Shown: positions 25,364 through 38,574 of the stretch, piece after piece
How the letters are laid out: each line of letters begins with the position of its first letter
Position numbering within the stretch: position 1 is the first letter of the stretch
NCBI RefSeq assembly: GCF_024223415.1
Contig: NZ_CP100500.1
Length of the DNA stretch: 64,000 nt
DNA from: Escherichia coli
GTDB taxonomy: Bacteria; Pseudomonadota; Gammaproteobacteria; Enterobacterales; Enterobacteriaceae
Reading direction: 5' to 3' (one strand)
Notes under the pieces: model-generated
The model's database searches: none
Told to the model about the DNA's origin: nothing
What the model saw: the letters and a program-made list of their open reading frames with translations, nothing else
Position numbers and translations under genes: made by a program

Positions 25364-25975
25364 CTACTTACGTTGATCATCTACCGTGACGCCTTGCGGC
25401 GGGGTGAAGGTAAATTTCGCTGCATCCACAGCCCCATTTTGCTGGGATTTCAGCTGATAACTGCTGCGCTGATCGTCCTGCTCCACCGCGCTAAACTGAT
25501 GGATTGTGCCATCACGTCCCACGTTAATGGTGAACTGCTTCAGATTGCCATTGCTGGCTTTCGGCGTCAGGACAAAGTCATCGCCATTCTGTTTGATATT
25601 GTACTGCTGCCAGTCGCTGGACTGGTTGCGGGCAATCAGCATAAACGGCGTATTACCGGTGGCATCTTTCAGCCAGGTTGCCGTAGCTTGCTCAACGAAC
25701 GGGTTATAGAACCACAGTGTTTTACCGTCAGAAACCAGAATGCTTTCATCAGGTTGTGTCATATGCCAGTTGAATAAGTTTGGACGTTTCACCCACAGAT
25801 CGCCCTGACCTTCCTGCACCGCCGCGCCGCTACCGTCAGTCACTTTTTGTGTGAAGCTGGCGTGGAAGCTGCTGACTTTATCCAGGCGGCTTTTCAGATC
25901 GCTTGCGGCATCAGCCCAAACGCTGCTTGCTACTAAGCTTGAGAGTAATGCACAGGTGATGGCAATTTTTTTCAT
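25364..25975 (-). CDS. lolA: outer-membrane lipoprotein carrier protein
   Basis: [31 protein letters not shown]... matches E. coli LolA. The ORF track adds one extra Met. Confidence 0.95.
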
Positions 25976-26086
25976 CATTATTCCTCAAATTACGTCACTC
26001 CCGATCGGGAGTTCCCTCTACTCTCTATTCCAGGCTAATAATCAGCTTGAGGAAAGAAGAAAATACTGAATTTTCAGTTGATAGAG

Positions 26087-26124
26087 TGCCGGATGCGACG
26101 CTACCGCGCCTTATCCGGCATACG
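26087..26124. repeat. REP (repetitive extragenic palindromic) element
   Basis: GCCGGATGCGACGCTACCGCGCCTTATCCGGCATAC fits the REP consensus. Located between ftsK and lolA. Confidence 0.6.
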
Positions 26125-26133
26125 ATGCATTAA

Positions 26134-29100
26134 TTAGTCAAACGGCGGTGGGGCCAGCACTTCACGATTACCGTTGTGCCCCTGTTCGCTGACAATCCCC
26201 TGCGCTTCCATCTGTTCGATAATACGCGCTGCACGGTTATAACCAATGCGGAACTGACGCTGTACGCCAGAAATTGACGCTTTGCGTTTTTCAGTGACAA
26301 ACTGCACCGCCTGATCGAACAACGGATCCAGTTCTTCAGCGCCATCGAAACCACCCGCACCACCTTCGCTTTCGCTGTCGGAGGTGATGCCATCAACATA
26401 CTGTGGGCGACCACGCGCTTTCCAGTCCTGCACCACGGCATGAACTTCCTGATCGCGAACAAAAGCACCATGGACACGTACCGGCAACGTGGAGTTCGGC
26501 CCAGAGTAGAGCATATCCCCCATACCCAGCAGTGATTCCGCGCCAGCCTGATCAAGAATGGTACGTGAGTCAATCTTACTGGATACGGTAAAGGCGATAC
26601 GGGTCGGAATATTCGCTTTAATCAGACCAGTAATAACATCAACCGATGGACGCTGAGTTGCCAGTACGAGGTGGATACCCGCGGCACGGGCTTTTTGCGC
26701 CAGACGTGCTATCAGCTCTTCCACTTTTTTACCTACCGTCATCATCAGGTCGGCAAATTCATCCACCAGCACCACAATGTATGGCTCTTTTTTCAGCACC
26801 GGATGCTGAGCATCCATACTGTCACCCGGCTTCCAGTACGGGTCTGGAATCGGACGCATCATGCGATCGGCTTCAGCAATTTTTTCGTTATAACCCGCCA
26901 GATTACGCACACCCAGCGCAGACATCAGTTTATACCGACGCTCCATCTCGTTAACACACCAGCGCAGCGCGTTGGCGGCATCTTTCATATCAGTAACGAC
27001 TTCCGTTAACAGATGCGGAATGCCTTCATAAACCGAAAGCTCCAGCATTTTCGGGTCGATCATGATGAAACGCACATCTTCTGGCTGCGCTTTATAAAGC
27101 ATGCTCAGGATCATCGCGTTCACACCGACAGACTTACCGGAACCGGTAGTCCCCGCAACCAACAAGTGCGGCATTTTCGCCAGATCGGCAACCACCGGCT
27201 CACCGGCGATATCTTTACCCAGCACCACGGTTAATGGCGACGGATTATCGCGGAATTTGGCGTTATCCAATACTTCGCGCAGATAAACGGTTTGTCGTTT
27301 TTTATTCGGTAACTCCAGACCTACATAGGGTTTGCCAGGAATAACTTCAACGACACGCACCGCCACCGTCGAAAGTGAACGGGCAAGGTCCCGTGACAAG
27401 TTAGAAATGCGCGCCGCTTTTACGCCCGGTGCCAGGTTAAGTTCAAAGCGAGTGATAACCGGCCCCGGAGAGTAATTGACGACATCGGCTTTAATACGGA
27501 AATCAGCCAGACGTGCTTCCACCAGACGCGCCATTTGTTCAAGCGCAAAGGTATCTACCGGCTCCACTTCGCTCGGCGGCGGTGTCAGCAAATCCAGAGA
27601 AGGCAGCGGCGTCGTCGGTTTATGCAACGGACGGCTGTCGCCATTACGCATCAACAGCGGATGAAGCAGAGTATCCTGCGGCTGTGGCGCAACTGGCTGT
27701 TGCGGCTGCTGATATTGCGGCTGTGGTGCAGCCGATTGTTGTGGCTGCTGATACTGCGGCTGCGGCGCAACTGGCTGTTGCGGCTGCTGATATTGCGGCT
27801 GCGGTGCAACCGGTTGTTGCGGCTGCTGATATTGCTGCTGCGGTGCAACCGGTTGTTGCGGCTGCTGATATTGCTGCTGTGGCGCAACCGGCTGTTGTGG
27901 CTGCTGATACTGCTGCTGCGGTGCAACCGGTTGTTGCGGCTGCTGTACAGGTTCAACAATTGGCGTAAACAACGGTTCGTGTGGACCATCATCCAGCAAC
28001 GCTTTCATTGGCGAAAATTCAAAATCATCCAGCGAGAACGGATTCGCCCCAGCCGGTTGTTCGCCGGAATAACGTTGTTGTTGAGTTTGCGCAAACTGAC
28101 GAGCCAGTTCAGCCTCTGCCGCAGCATCTGCATCTTCTGCGTTTACGGGCACATCATGTTGATACTGTTCGCCATAGCGTTGCTGCTGTGTCTGGGCGAA
28201 CTGACGTGCCAGTTCATCCTGCTGCATCGCATCGATTTCATCATCGTTATACTGATCGCCAGAATCGTACTGATTGCGCTGGGCTTCACGGGCTTTTTCT
28301 TCCGCCGCACGCTGTGAGGGCAGCTTAATACCGTAAGACGCCAATTCACGACGAGTTGGCACGCGGATACGTTTCGGTCGTGGCAACTGCGGGCCAATCC
28401 CCTCTTTGACCTGCGGACGCGGTCCACCGCTATTTGCCAGACTGAAGACTGGCGCGGCAACGGTTGCGGCAGCCCCCGTCGCCAGTGTCGCTTTTTTCAC
28501 GCCAGATGCCAGCGGAGAAACAGCGGCAGCGGCTTCTACTGGAGGTACTGCTGCAACAGAAGGTGCTTTCAGCGAAGATTTGATCGGTTCTGGTTCTTTA
28601 ACCGGTTCTGGAATCGGTTGATACCAGGCCGCAAGTTGTTCACGTTCACGGGCTCGCTTCTCTTCCACTTCTTCAAAGTAGTAAAGCGGCGGACGCGCGG
28701 GTTTTGTCTCTTCTACAACGGGTTCAGGCTCCACAATAGGCTGCTGTTCAACAGGTTGCTGCTGTTGGTACAACGGCTCCTGAGCGGCTGGCTGCTGATA
28801 AGTTTGCTCAGTCTGGTATGTAGACTGTGGAGCAAAAGTGGATTGCTGCTCTTCGGCTTGCCAGGCGTTACCTGCCACCGGTTGTTCTGGCGCAGGGGCA
28901 TAATACGGCTGTTGCGCAGGCTGTTCCGGCGCAGTTGCGTAATACGGTTGCTGAACAGGTTGTTCCGCCGCAGGAGCGTAGTAAGGTTGTTGCGCAGGTT
29001 GTTCAGCTGCAGGTGCATAATACGGCTGCTGCGGCTGTACTGGTTGTTGCAGCGGCTCATTATATTGCACTGCAGGCTGCGCATATTGTGACTGCTGTGG

Positions 29101-30240
29101 GTAACCTTCCGGTGCAGGAGCAATAACCGGCTCTCCCGTTTGTGGACCCGGTACAGGCTGCCAGGCTACTGTAGGTTGCGCAGGTGGAACATCAACAGAG
29201 GCAACAGGTGGCGTCTGAGTCACAGGTTCAACCGGTGCAGCCCAGCTTTGCGTCGCCGTGGTAGCAGCAGCTGCTACAGCGACAGGTTCGGTAATTGGCG
29301 CACCGTTTAATAATGGATCGTATTCGTCATATTCTGGCTGCGTTGCACGATTGCCCGAAAATAGGACGTCGTCCGGGTCGGCAGCCACACCGCGTGCAGT
29401 GTAGGTAATCTCTTCGTCATCATCCATCCGCTTACCGGAGAACAACGCAGCGTCTGTTTGCCGCCCCATCGGATTAATGAATTTTTCCGCCAACCGTTTA
29501 CGACGCGCTAGCGCGCCGCGAAGAATACGGGCACGGCGTGATTCATGCTGTTTGCCGTGATTTTCATCTTCATACTCTTCGTCGTCTTCATACTCATCTT
29601 CATCGACCCAGGTATCATCGCGACGGGTACGATTACTGGCGAAGGTGAGAATGTTTAAAATCCAGCCGCCGAGTTTTTCAGCAATGGTCACCCATGACCA
29701 ACCGGTGAACAACGTCAGGCCCGCTGCCCAAACGCAGAGCAGCGCAATAGTTCCCCCGCTACTGTGTAGCAGTGGTTGTAGCGTAGTGCTTAGTAAGCTG
29801 CCAATGACGCCACCGGAGGCAAAATACCAGATATCGTCAGCGTTGATTGCCGCCAGACCACAGGAGGTAAGGATGAGCGCCAAAACGCCAATGATGCGTA
29901 GCGAAACGGCAAAATAATCAATGTATTCGTCGCTGGACTGATGACGCCAGGCAAACCAACAACCGCCGACAATAATGACGGGAATGGTGTAAGCCATCAC
30001 GCCAAAAATAAAGAACAGCGTATCTGCCAACCACGCACCGGGCATCCCACCTAAATTATGGATAGGTTCATGCCAGGCCGTTTGCGACCAGCTGGGGTCC
30101 GAAGGGTTAAAGCTTAGTAAGGCAGCCATCAACCAGACGGCAAACAGGACAATAAGGATCAGCAACGCCTCCAGAAGGCGGCGGCCGCTACTTAACTTTG
30201 TCAATGTGACTTCTTTGTCTTCAGTGTATTCCTGGCTCAA
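26134..30240 (-). CDS. ftsK: DNA translocase FtsK
   Basis: 1368 aa. The N-terminal membrane domain, PQ-rich linker and C-terminal motor (GTTGSGKS) plus gamma domain match E. coli FtsK. Confidence 0.97.
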   Translation of the reverse strand: MSQEYTEDKEVTLTKLSSGRRLLEALLILIVLFAVWLMAALLSFNPSDPSWSQTAWHEPIHNLGGMPGAWLADTLFFIFGVMAYTIPVIIVGGCWFAWRHQSSDEYIDYFAVSLRIIGVLALILTSCGLAAINADDIWYFASGGVIGSLLSTTLQPLLHSSGGTIALLCVWAAGLTLFTGWSWVTIAEKLGGWILNILTFASNRTRRDDTWVDEDEYEDDEEYEDENHGKQHESRRARILRGALARRKRLAEKFINPMGRQTDAALFSGKRMDDDEEITYTARGVAADPDDVLFSGNRATQPEYDEYDPLLNGAPITEPVAVAAAATTATQSWAAPVEPVTQTPPVASVDVPPAQPTVAWQPVPGPQTGEPVIAPAPEGYPQQSQYAQPAVQYNEPLQQPVQPQQPYYAPAAEQPAQQPYYAPAAEQPVQQPYYATAPEQPAQQPYYAPAPEQPVAGNAWQAEEQQSTFAPQSTYQTEQTYQQPAAQEPLYQQQQPVEQQPIVEPEPVVEETKPARPPLYYFEEVEEKRAREREQLAAWYQPIPEPVKEPEPIKSSLKAPSVAAVPPVEAAAAVSPLASGVKKATLATGAAATVAAPVFSLANSGGPRPQVKEGIGPQLPRPKRIRVPTRRELASYGIKLPSQRAAEEKAREAQRNQYDSGDQYNDDEIDAMQQDELARQFAQTQQQRYGEQYQHDVPVNAEDADAAAEAELARQFAQTQQQRYSGEQPAGANPFSLDDFEFSPMKALLDDGPHEPLFTPIVEPVQQPQQPVAPQQQYQQPQQPVAPQQQYQQPQQPVAPQQQYQQPQQPVAPQPQYQQPQQPVAPQPQYQQPQQSAAPQPQYQQPQQPVAPQPQDTLLHPLLMRNGDSRPLHKPTTPLPSLDLLTPPPSEVEPVDTFALEQMARLVEARLADFRIKADVVNYSPGPVITRFELNLAPGVKAARISNLSRDLARSLSTVAVRVVEVIPGKPYVGLELPNKKRQTVYLREVLDNAKFRDNPSPLTVVLGKDIAGEPVVADLAKMPHLLVAGTTGSGKSVGVNAMILSMLYKAQPEDVRFIMIDPKMLELSVYEGIPHLLTEVVTDMKDAANALRWCVNEMERRYKLMSALGVRNLAGYNEKIAEADRMMRPIPDPYWKPGDSMDAQHPVLKKEPYIVVLVDEFADLMMTVGKKVEELIARLAQKARAAGIHLVLATQRPSVDVITGLIKANIPTRIAFTVSSKIDSRTILDQAGAESLLGMGDMLYSGPNSTLPVRVHGAFVRDQEVHAVVQDWKARGRPQYVDGITSDSESEGGAGGFDGAEELDPLFDQAVQFVTEKRKASISGVQRQFRIGYNRAARIIEQMEAQGIVSEQGHNGNREVLAPPPFD
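27680..27950. repeat. tandem 39-bp coding repeat (~7 units) in the ftsK linker
   Basis: Units such as ctgcggtgcaaccggttgttgcggctgctgatattgctg repeat head to tail and encode [10 protein letters not shown](Q/P)QY. Confidence 0.85.
28880..29035. repeat. second tandem 39-bp coding repeat (~4 units) in the ftsK linker
   Basis: Encodes QPYYAPA(A/P)EQP(A/V)Q repeated four times. Confidence 0.8.
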
Positions 30241-30374
30241 GAAAGGCTCTCCAGGTTACAGGCTTTTCCTGCCCGATGCTAAAACGGACAACAGTACCAG
30301 GTTACCCCAGTACTGTTGCTGTATGGATTAACAGGAGTGTAATCAAAATACGCCGATTTTGCACCTGTTCCGTG

Positions 30375-30869
30375 TTAGCGCGTCTTAATAACCAGACGAT
30401 TACTCTGCTTGACTTCTTCCATAACAACGTATGTCCGTGTGTCATTGACGCCAGGCAGACGCAGCAGGGTTTCCCCCAGCAACTTACGGTAAGCTGACAT
30501 ATCCGGCACGCGTGTTTTCAACAGGTAGTCGAAATCACCGGATACTAAATGACACTCCTGAATTTCTTCAAGTTTTTGTACAGCGGTATTGAATTGTTCA
30601 AACACATCCGGTGCGCCACGATTCAGAGTAATCTCAACGAATACCAGAAGTGATGCATCCAGATAATGGGGGTTCAGCAGCGCCGTATAGCCCTGAATAA
30701 ACCCTTGTCTTTCCAGCCGACGCACACGCTCAAGGCACGGCGTTGGGGAAAGTCCCACACGTTTAGAAAGCTCGACGTTAGAAATACGCCCATCCTTTTG
30801 CAACTCATTAAGAATGTTACGATCGATACGGTCGAGATCTTTGCCAGGGCGCTTCTTGCTATCTACCAT
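30375..30869 (-). CDS. lrp: leucine-responsive regulatory protein
   Basis: MVDSKKRPGKDLDRIDRNILNELQKDGRISNVELSKRVGLS... (164 aa) matches E. coli Lrp. The ORF-track extension is rejected. Confidence 0.97.
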   Translation of the reverse strand: MVDSKKRPGKDLDRIDRNILNELQKDGRISNVELSKRVGLSPTPCLERVRRLERQGFIQGYTALLNPHYLDASLLVFVEITLNRGAPDVFEQFNTAVQKLEEIQECHLVSGDFDYLLKTRVPDMSAYRKLLGETLLRLPGVNDTRTYVVMEEVKQSNRLVIKTR

Positions 30870-31296
30870 TATTATTGTCTCTCTGTATTCCTTCCCTACT
30901 CCTGTCTGACCCTGAAACATCACTGTTCAGAGTCGCTACCCGTCACGATAGACCGAAATCATGAAGATTCACGGCGCGCAATGCCTGGGTCTACGGTGAG
31001 AAGACCGTTGCCTTGTGGCAGCTATCGACATCACGAATGGCGTCTGTCCACGCCATACGTAGATTTCACTAGCACGGTAAACATGGTATTTACATGCATG
31101 GTTATGCGCATATAAGAATACTGTTTTTTTTCTTCCTCGAATGTTTTCGCAAAACACCAGGGGATTGTCAAAGCAAAACATCGATTTTTAGTACAACATG
31201 CCAGATATTCATTAACAGGGGCGTTTATTCATCATTTAATCGGCTTATAAAGCGGGAAATTTAAGTAGCAGAGGTGATAATGACGGGAGAATTTGA

Positions 31297-32379
<1,083 letters not shown>

Positions 32380-32501
32380 TTTTACAAATCAGTAACAAAA
32401 GTAAAGAAGGCGACACCATGCGACTATGGGTCGCCTTTATTTTTTCCCCGTTGTAACATTGCTCTGCAAATAATTCTGATAACTCACCTGCTAAGCGTGC
32501 A

Positions 32502-34268
32502 ATGAATAAATCTCGTCAAAAAGAGTTAACCCGCTGGTTAAAACAGCAAAGCGTCATCTCCCAACGTTGGCTGAATATTTCTCGTCTGCTGGGCTTTGTG
32601 AGCGGCATATTGATCATTGCCCAGGCATGGTTCATGGCGCGAATTCTGCAACATATGATTATGGAGAATATTCCCCGTGAAGCCCTGCTGCTTCCCTTTA
32701 CGTTACTGGTTCTGACCTTTGTACTGCGCGCATGGGTGGTCTGGTTACGCGAACGGGTGGGTTATCACGCCGGGCAGCATATCCGCTTTGCCATCCGCCG
32801 TCAGGTTCTCGACCGTCTGCAACAAGCAGGGCCAGCGTGGATTCAGGGTAAACCTGCGGGGAGCTGGGCGACGCTGGTACTCGAGCAAATTGACGATATG
32901 CATGATTACTATGCACGCTATCTGCCGCAAATGGCGCTGGCAGTGTCGGTGCCGTTGCTGATTGTGGTGGCGATCTTCCCCTCTAACTGGGCTGCGGCGC
33001 TCATTCTGCTGGGCACAGCACCGCTAATTCCGTTGTTTATGGCGCTGGTTGGAATGGGGGGTGCCGATGCTAACCGACGTAACTTTCTCGCTCTTGCTCG
33101 CTTAAGTGGGCATTTCCTCGATCGCCTGCGCGGCATGGAAACATTGCGTATTTTTGGTCGTGGTGAAGCTGAAATTGAAAGTATTCGTTCTGCTTCGGAA
33201 GATTTCCGCCAACGGACAATGGAAGTGCTACGGCTGGCGTTTTTATCCTCCGGCATTCTCGAATTTTTTACCTCGCTGTCAATTGCTCTGGTGGCGGTCT
33301 ACTTTGGTTTTTCCTATCTCGGCGAGCTGGATTTTGGTCACTACGATACTGGCGTGACGCTGGCTGCGGGTTTTCTGGCCCTGATCCTTGCGCCAGAGTT
33401 TTTCCAGCCATTACGCGATCTCGGTACGTTTTATCATGCTAAAGCCCAGGCTGTTGGCGCAGCTGACAGTCTGAAAACGTTTATGGAAACCCCGCTCGCC
33501 CATCCGCAGCGCGGTGAGGCGGAATTAGCATCGACCGATCCGGTGACCATTGAGGCCGAGGATCTGTTTATCACGTCGCCGGAAGGTAAAACGCTGGCCG
33601 GACCGCTGAACTTTACTTTGCCAGCAGGCCAACGTGCAGTGTTGGTTGGTCGCAGCGGTTCAGGTAAAAGCTCACTGCTGAACGTGCTTTCTGGTTTTCT
33701 CTCATATCAGGGATCATTACGAATCAACGGGATAGAATTACGTGATTTATCACCAGAATCATGGCGTAAACATCTCTCCTGGGTTGGGCAAAACCCACAA
33801 TTACCGGCAGCAACATTGCGGGATAACGTACTACTGGCGCGACCTGATGCCAGCGAACAAGAATTACAAGCAGCGCTGGATAACGCCTGGGTCAGCGAGT
33901 TTCTACCGCTCCTGCCACAAGGCGTTGATACACCTGTTGGCGACCAGGCTGCCCGCCTTTCCGTGGGGCAGGCGCAGCGCGTGGCGGTGGCCCGTGCGTT
34001 ACTAAATCCCTGTTCGCTATTACTGTTGGATGAACCCGCTGCCAGCCTTGATGCTCACAGTGAACAGCGCGTAATGGAGGCGCTGAATGCCGCCTCTCTG
34101 CGTCAGACAACGTTAATGGTCACCCACCAGTTAGAAGATCTTGCTGACTGGGATGTCATTTGGGTTATGCAGGATGGCCGGATTATTGAGCAAGGACGTT
34201 ACGCGGAATTAAGTGTGGCTGGTGGCCCATTCGCCACATTACTTGCCCATCGTCAGGAGGAGATTTAA
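32502..34268 (+). CDS. cydD: cysteine/glutathione ABC exporter subunit CydD
   Basis: 588 aa with TMD plus NBD (GRSGSGKSS, LSVGQAQR). K-12 synteny. Confidence 0.95.
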   Translation: MNKSRQKELTRWLKQQSVISQRWLNISRLLGFVSGILIIAQAWFMARILQHMIMENIPREALLLPFTLLVLTFVLRAWVVWLRERVGYHAGQHIRFAIRRQVLDRLQQAGPAWIQGKPAGSWATLVLEQIDDMHDYYARYLPQMALAVSVPLLIVVAIFPSNWAAALILLGTAPLIPLFMALVGMGGADANRRNFLALARLSGHFLDRLRGMETLRIFGRGEAEIESIRSASEDFRQRTMEVLRLAFLSSGILEFFTSLSIALVAVYFGFSYLGELDFGHYDTGVTLAAGFLALILAPEFFQPLRDLGTFYHAKAQAVGAADSLKTFMETPLAHPQRGEAELASTDPVTIEAEDLFITSPEGKTLAGPLNFTLPAGQRAVLVGRSGSGKSSLLNVLSGFLSYQGSLRINGIELRDLSPESWRKHLSWVGQNPQLPAATLRDNVLLARPDASEQELQAALDNAWVSEFLPLLPQGVDTPVGDQAARLSVGQAQRVAVARALLNPCSLLLLDEPAASLDAHSEQRVMEALNAASLRQTTLMVTHQLEDLADWDVIWVMQDGRIIEQGRYAELSVAGGPFATLLAHRQEEI

Positions 34269-35990
34269 ATGCGCGCTTTGCTACCCTATCTGGCACTGTA
34301 TAAACGTCATAAATGGATGTTAAGTCTTGGTATTGTGCTGGCAATTGTGACGCTGCTCGCCAGTATCGGTCTGTTGACACTTTCCGGCTGGTTCCTCTCG
34401 GCCTCAGCGGTTGCGGGGGTTGCCGGACTGTACAGCTTCAACTATATGCTACCCGCTGCGGGCGTGCGTGGTGCAGCAATCACCCGTACTGCCGGGCGTT
34501 ATTTTGAACGTCTGGTAAGTCACGACGCGACTTTCCGCGTGTTGCAGCATCTGCGCATTTACACCTTCAGCAAATTGTTGCCCCTCTCCCCTGCCGGACT
34601 GGCGCGCTATCGTCAGGGCGAATTGCTCAACCGCGTGGTGGCGGATGTTGATACGCTCGATCATCTTTACCTGCGCGTTATCTCGCCGCTGGTGGGCGCT
34701 TTTGTGGTGATTATGGTGGTGACAATCGGGTTAAGTTTCCTTGATTTCACCCTCGCCTTTACGCTGGGCGGCATTATGTTACTGACGCTTTTCCTGATGC
34801 CACCGCTGTTTTATCGTGCGGGAAAAAGCACCGGGCAAAATCTGACTCATCTTCGCGGACAGTATCGCCAACAACTGACGGCCTGGCTGCAAGGGCAAGC
34901 TGAGCTGACCATTTTTGGTGCCAGCGATCGTTATCGCACGCAACTAGAGAATACAGAAATTCAATGGCTGGAAGCGCAACGCCGTCAATCTGAACTGACC
35001 GCATTGTCGCAAGCGATAATGCTGCTCATTGGCGCGTTAGCGGTGATCCTGATGCTGTGGATGGCGTCTGGCGGCGTTGGCGGCAATGCTCAACCCGGCG
35101 CGTTAATTGCCCTGTTTGTCTTCTGCGCGTTAGCCGCGTTTGAAGCACTGGCACCAGTAACGGGTGCATTTCAGCATCTGGGGCAAGTCATTGCCTCTGC
35201 CGTTCGGATCACTGATTTAACGGATCAAAAACCGGAGGTCACCTTCCCTGATACCCAAACTCGTGTTGCCGATCGCGTTTCGCTGACGTTACGGGATGTT
35301 CAGTTCACTTATCCGGAGCAATCTCAACAGGCACTTAAAGGGATTTCTCTTCAGGTAAACGCCGGGGAACATATAGCGATTCTCGGGCGAACCGGATGCG
35401 GCAAATCAACACTGTTACAACTGCTGACCCGCGCATGGGACCCGCAACAGGGCGAGATTTTGCTTAACGATAGCCCCATATCCAGCCTGAATGAAGCGGC
35501 TCTACGACAGACCATCAGCGTTGTTCCTCAGCGAGTGCATCTGTTTAGCGCCACGCTGCGTGATAATCTGTTACTCGCCTCGCCTGGCAGTAGTGATGAG
35601 GCTCTGTCGGAGATCTTGCGTCGCGTTGGTCTGGAGAAGCTGCTCGAGGATGCAGGTCTCAACAGTTGGTTAGGTGAAGGCGGACGCCAGCTCTCCGGTG
35701 GTGAACTGCGCCGTCTGGCTATCGCCCGTGCGCTGTTACATGATGCGCCACTGGTGTTGCTGGATGAACCTACCGAAGGCTTAGATGCCACAACCGAAAG
35801 CCAGATCCTTGAATTGCTTGCAGAAATGATGCGTGAGAAAACGGTGTTAATGGTCACCCATCGACTTCGCGGACTCTCTCGTTTCCAACAAATAATAGTG
35901 ATGGACAACGGGCAAATTATTGAGCAAGGTACTCACGCAGAACTGCTTGCCAGACAGGGGCGTTATTACCAGTTCAAGCAGGGTTTGTAA
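34269..35990 (+). CDS. cydC: cysteine/glutathione ABC exporter subunit CydC
   Basis: 573 aa with TMD plus NBD (GRTGCGKST, LSGGELRR). Its start abuts the cydD stop. Confidence 0.95.
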   Translation: MRALLPYLALYKRHKWMLSLGIVLAIVTLLASIGLLTLSGWFLSASAVAGVAGLYSFNYMLPAAGVRGAAITRTAGRYFERLVSHDATFRVLQHLRIYTFSKLLPLSPAGLARYRQGELLNRVVADVDTLDHLYLRVISPLVGAFVVIMVVTIGLSFLDFTLAFTLGGIMLLTLFLMPPLFYRAGKSTGQNLTHLRGQYRQQLTAWLQGQAELTIFGASDRYRTQLENTEIQWLEAQRRQSELTALSQAIMLLIGALAVILMLWMASGGVGGNAQPGALIALFVFCALAAFEALAPVTGAFQHLGQVIASAVRITDLTDQKPEVTFPDTQTRVADRVSLTLRDVQFTYPEQSQQALKGISLQVNAGEHIAILGRTGCGKSTLLQLLTRAWDPQQGEILLNDSPISSLNEAALRQTISVVPQRVHLFSATLRDNLLLASPGSSDEALSEILRRVGLEKLLEDAGLNSWLGEGGRQLSGGELRRLAIARALLHDAPLVLLDEPTEGLDATTESQILELLAEMMREKTVLMVTHRLRGLSRFQQIIVMDNGQIIEQGTHAELLARQGRYYQFKQGL

Positions 35991-36031
35991 GCTATTATTG
36001 AACGATCCGACTTGCGTGGAGTTTTGCGGTC

Positions 36032-36736
36032 ATGCGCCTGGTTCAGCTTTCTCGCCATTCAATAGCCTTCCCTTCCCCGGAAGGCGCATTACGTGAGCCT
36101 AACGGCCTGCTGGCACTTGGGGGCGATCTTAGCCCTGCGCGCCTGTTAATGGCTTACCAGCGTGGTATTTTTCCGTGGTTTTCTCCAGGCGACCCCATCC
36201 TCTGGTGGTCGCCAGATCCCCGCGCGGTGCTATGGCCAGAATCACTGCATATCAGCCGTAGTATGAAGCGATTTCATAAACGCTCGCCCTATCGTGTCAC
36301 GATGAATTACGCTTTTGGTCAGGTCATTGAAGGCTGTGCCAGCGATCGCGAAGAAGGAACCTGGATCACGCGTGGCGTGGTCGAAGCCTACCATCGCCTT
36401 CACGAACTCGGTCATGCCCACTCCATTGAAGTCTGGCGTGAAGATGAGCTTGTCGGCGGTATGTACGGCGTGGCCCAGGGAACGCTATTTTGTGGCGAGT
36501 CCATGTTCAGCCGGATGGAAAATGCGTCTAAAACGGCGCTTCTGGTATTCTGTGAGGAATTTATCGGTCATGGCGGTAAGCTTATCGACTGCCAGGTCCT
36601 TAACGATCACACAGCATCGCTTGGTGCCTGCGAAATTCCCCGCCGGGATTACCTTAATTATCTCAATCAAATGCGCCTCGGACGATTGCCGAATAATTTC
36701 TGGGTACCACGATGCTTGTTTTCACCACAAGAATGA
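36032..36736 (+). CDS. aat: leucyl/phenylalanyl-tRNA--protein transferase
   Basis: 234 aa; [50 protein letters not shown] matches E. coli Aat. Confidence 0.95.
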
Positions 36737-37017
36737 ATGTTTTCGGCACATTTCTCCCCAGAGTGTTATAATTGCGGTCGCAGAGTTGGTTACGCTCATT
36801 ACCCCGCTGCCGATAAGGAATTTTTCGCGTCAGGTAACGCCCATCGTTTATCTCACCGCTCCCTTATACGTTGCGCTTTTGGTGCGGCTTAGCCGTGTGT
36901 TTTCGGAGTAATGTGCCGAACCTGTTTGTTGCGATTTAGCGCGCAAATCTTTACTTATTTACAGAACTTCGGCATTATCTTGCCGGTTCAAATTACGGTA
37001 GTGATACCCCAGAGGAT

Positions 37018-37239
<222 letters not shown>

Positions 37240-37420
37240 TTGTTTTACCGCCTGATGGGCGAAGAGAAAGAACGAGTAAAAGGTCGGTTTAACCGGCCTT
37301 TTTATTTTGTGATATGTAGGAAGTACTTTGGAAGTATAAGTCCATAACTTGTCTCGATGTAGATATACTGCACAACTTGTTTACAGTATGAGCAAACAAT
37401 AATTATCATTAAAATTCTTC

Positions 37421-37449
37421 TTGACCGTTTTACTCCAACTCCCTATAGT
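37421..37449 (+). promoter_or_regulatory. serW promoter
   Basis: TTGACC, 17-bp spacer, TATAGT, followed by a GC-rich discriminator (GCGCCCCG). Lies 44 nt upstream of the tRNA. Confidence 0.6.
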
Positions 37450-37492
37450 AGCGCCCCGTTGCCCCCCATGAGGTCAGGCAACAAAACAATTT

Positions 37493-37580
37493 GGTGAGGT
37501 GTCCGAGTGGCTGAAGGAGCACGCCTGGAAAGTGTGTATACGGCAACGTATCGGGGGTTCGAATCCCCCCCTCACCGCCA
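37493..37580 (+). tRNA. serW: tRNA-Ser (anticodon GGA), 88 nt with a long variable arm and encoded CCA
   Basis: GGTGAGGTGTCCGAGTGGCTGAAGGAGCACGCCTGGAAAGTGTG...GGTTCGAATCCCCCCCTCACCGCCA. Its position after infA identifies it as serW rather than serX. Confidence 0.97.
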
Positions 37581-37588
37581 GATATTGA

Positions 37589-37621
37589 GCGCATGTTATT
37601 GTTTAACATGCGCTTTTTTTA
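37589..37621 (+). terminator. intrinsic terminator after serW
   Basis: GCGCATGTTA-ttgt-TAACATGCGC followed by a T-run. Confidence 0.7.
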
Positions 37622-37731
37622 TTTTTCCTTCCAGGCAGTATGCCACAGGGTATGCCATCTGAAACCGGTTTGTATGAGCCTCGATCACATCTTATCAGAC
37701 AATTTCCGATCTTTGAGCATACAGGGCAAAG

Positions 37732-38574
37732 CTATACTGCCAGCATGTCAGGATAGTGTCTGACGATAATATCATTCAGTCTGTCAACCAGTTCCGGTTT
37801 CCTGAACGTGATATGCGCGGAGCCTTTCCTGAAGTATCTGATGCTGAACATCTCATCCTCATAGCATGCTTCACCCTGAACGGACCGGATGTGCTCATCC
37901 AGACGAATGAGGATATTGTCCCGGTCAGTGGGTATGGGTTTACCGCTGAACAGATACAGTATCCTTTCCAGGTCGGCAAGCCGCCCGGCCTGCGGACCAT
38001 GGTTCAGACCAAATACCCACCAGTCCCATTTCACCAGGTTGTTGAGGATAATCTTACTGCCGAATTTACAGGGTGACCCGCTGTTGTGCGTCCGGCTCAG
38101 TCCTCTGAAGAGGTTGATGACGCCCCGTTCAGCCATTTCATCCCTGTTACGGTGCAGTTGTTCAGACGTACTCAGGATATTCGCTTCGCTGATTTCCGGA
38201 AAATTATCCTCCTCCAGTGAACGGTACCATTCATCACGCGCCTGTGCATCCATCAGACTCAGCATCCCGGAGCGTTGCATCAGGTCACGCCAGATTTCAC
38301 GGTCAAGGTTCCGGGTGATGGCTTTCATTGCGGTTTCCGGTTTTTCCATCAGCCAGCAGCCACAGCGAAAATCCTGTTTCACGGCCCAGTCCCGGGCCGT
38401 TTTACCTCCGATGCTTTCTGTCATTACTGAGATTTCTGCCAGTTGCCGGATAAGCCTTTCGGTTTGTTGCAGTGCTTCATTCCGTACCGTCACAACGTGC
38501 CGGATACTGGTTGAGCAGATAACGTCCGTATGTCCGTTAAGCGTTTCCGGACGGGAGACTGTGATATCAGACAT
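37732..38574 (-). CDS. DUF4942-like protein (usual distal gene of CbtA-type islands)
   Basis: 280 aa. Position downstream of the cbtA/DUF5983/DUF957 genes. The family name is from memory and no search was run. Confidence 0.55.
   Translation of the reverse strand: MSDITVSRPETLNGHTDVICSTSIRHVVTVRNEALQQTERLIRQLAEISVMTESIGGKTARDWAVKQDFRCGCWLMEKPETAMKAITRNLDREIWRDLMQRSGMLSLMDAQARDEWYRSLEEDNFPEISEANILSTSEQLHRNRDEMAERGVINLFRGLSRTHNSGSPCKFGSKIILNNLVKWDWWVFGLNHGPQAGRLADLERILYLFSGKPIPTDRDNILIRLDEHIRSVQGEACYEDEMFSIRYFRKGSAHITFRKPELVDRLNDIIVRHYPDMLAV

Noticed and set aside
27513-29126. Plus- and minus-strand ORFs rich in L/R or A/V repeats (27535-28317, 27513-27968, 27651-27992, 28618-29091, 28713-29123)
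   Set aside because: These are alternative-frame or antisense readings of the PQ-rich 39-bp tandem repeats of the ftsK linker. The periodicity is explained by ftsK.
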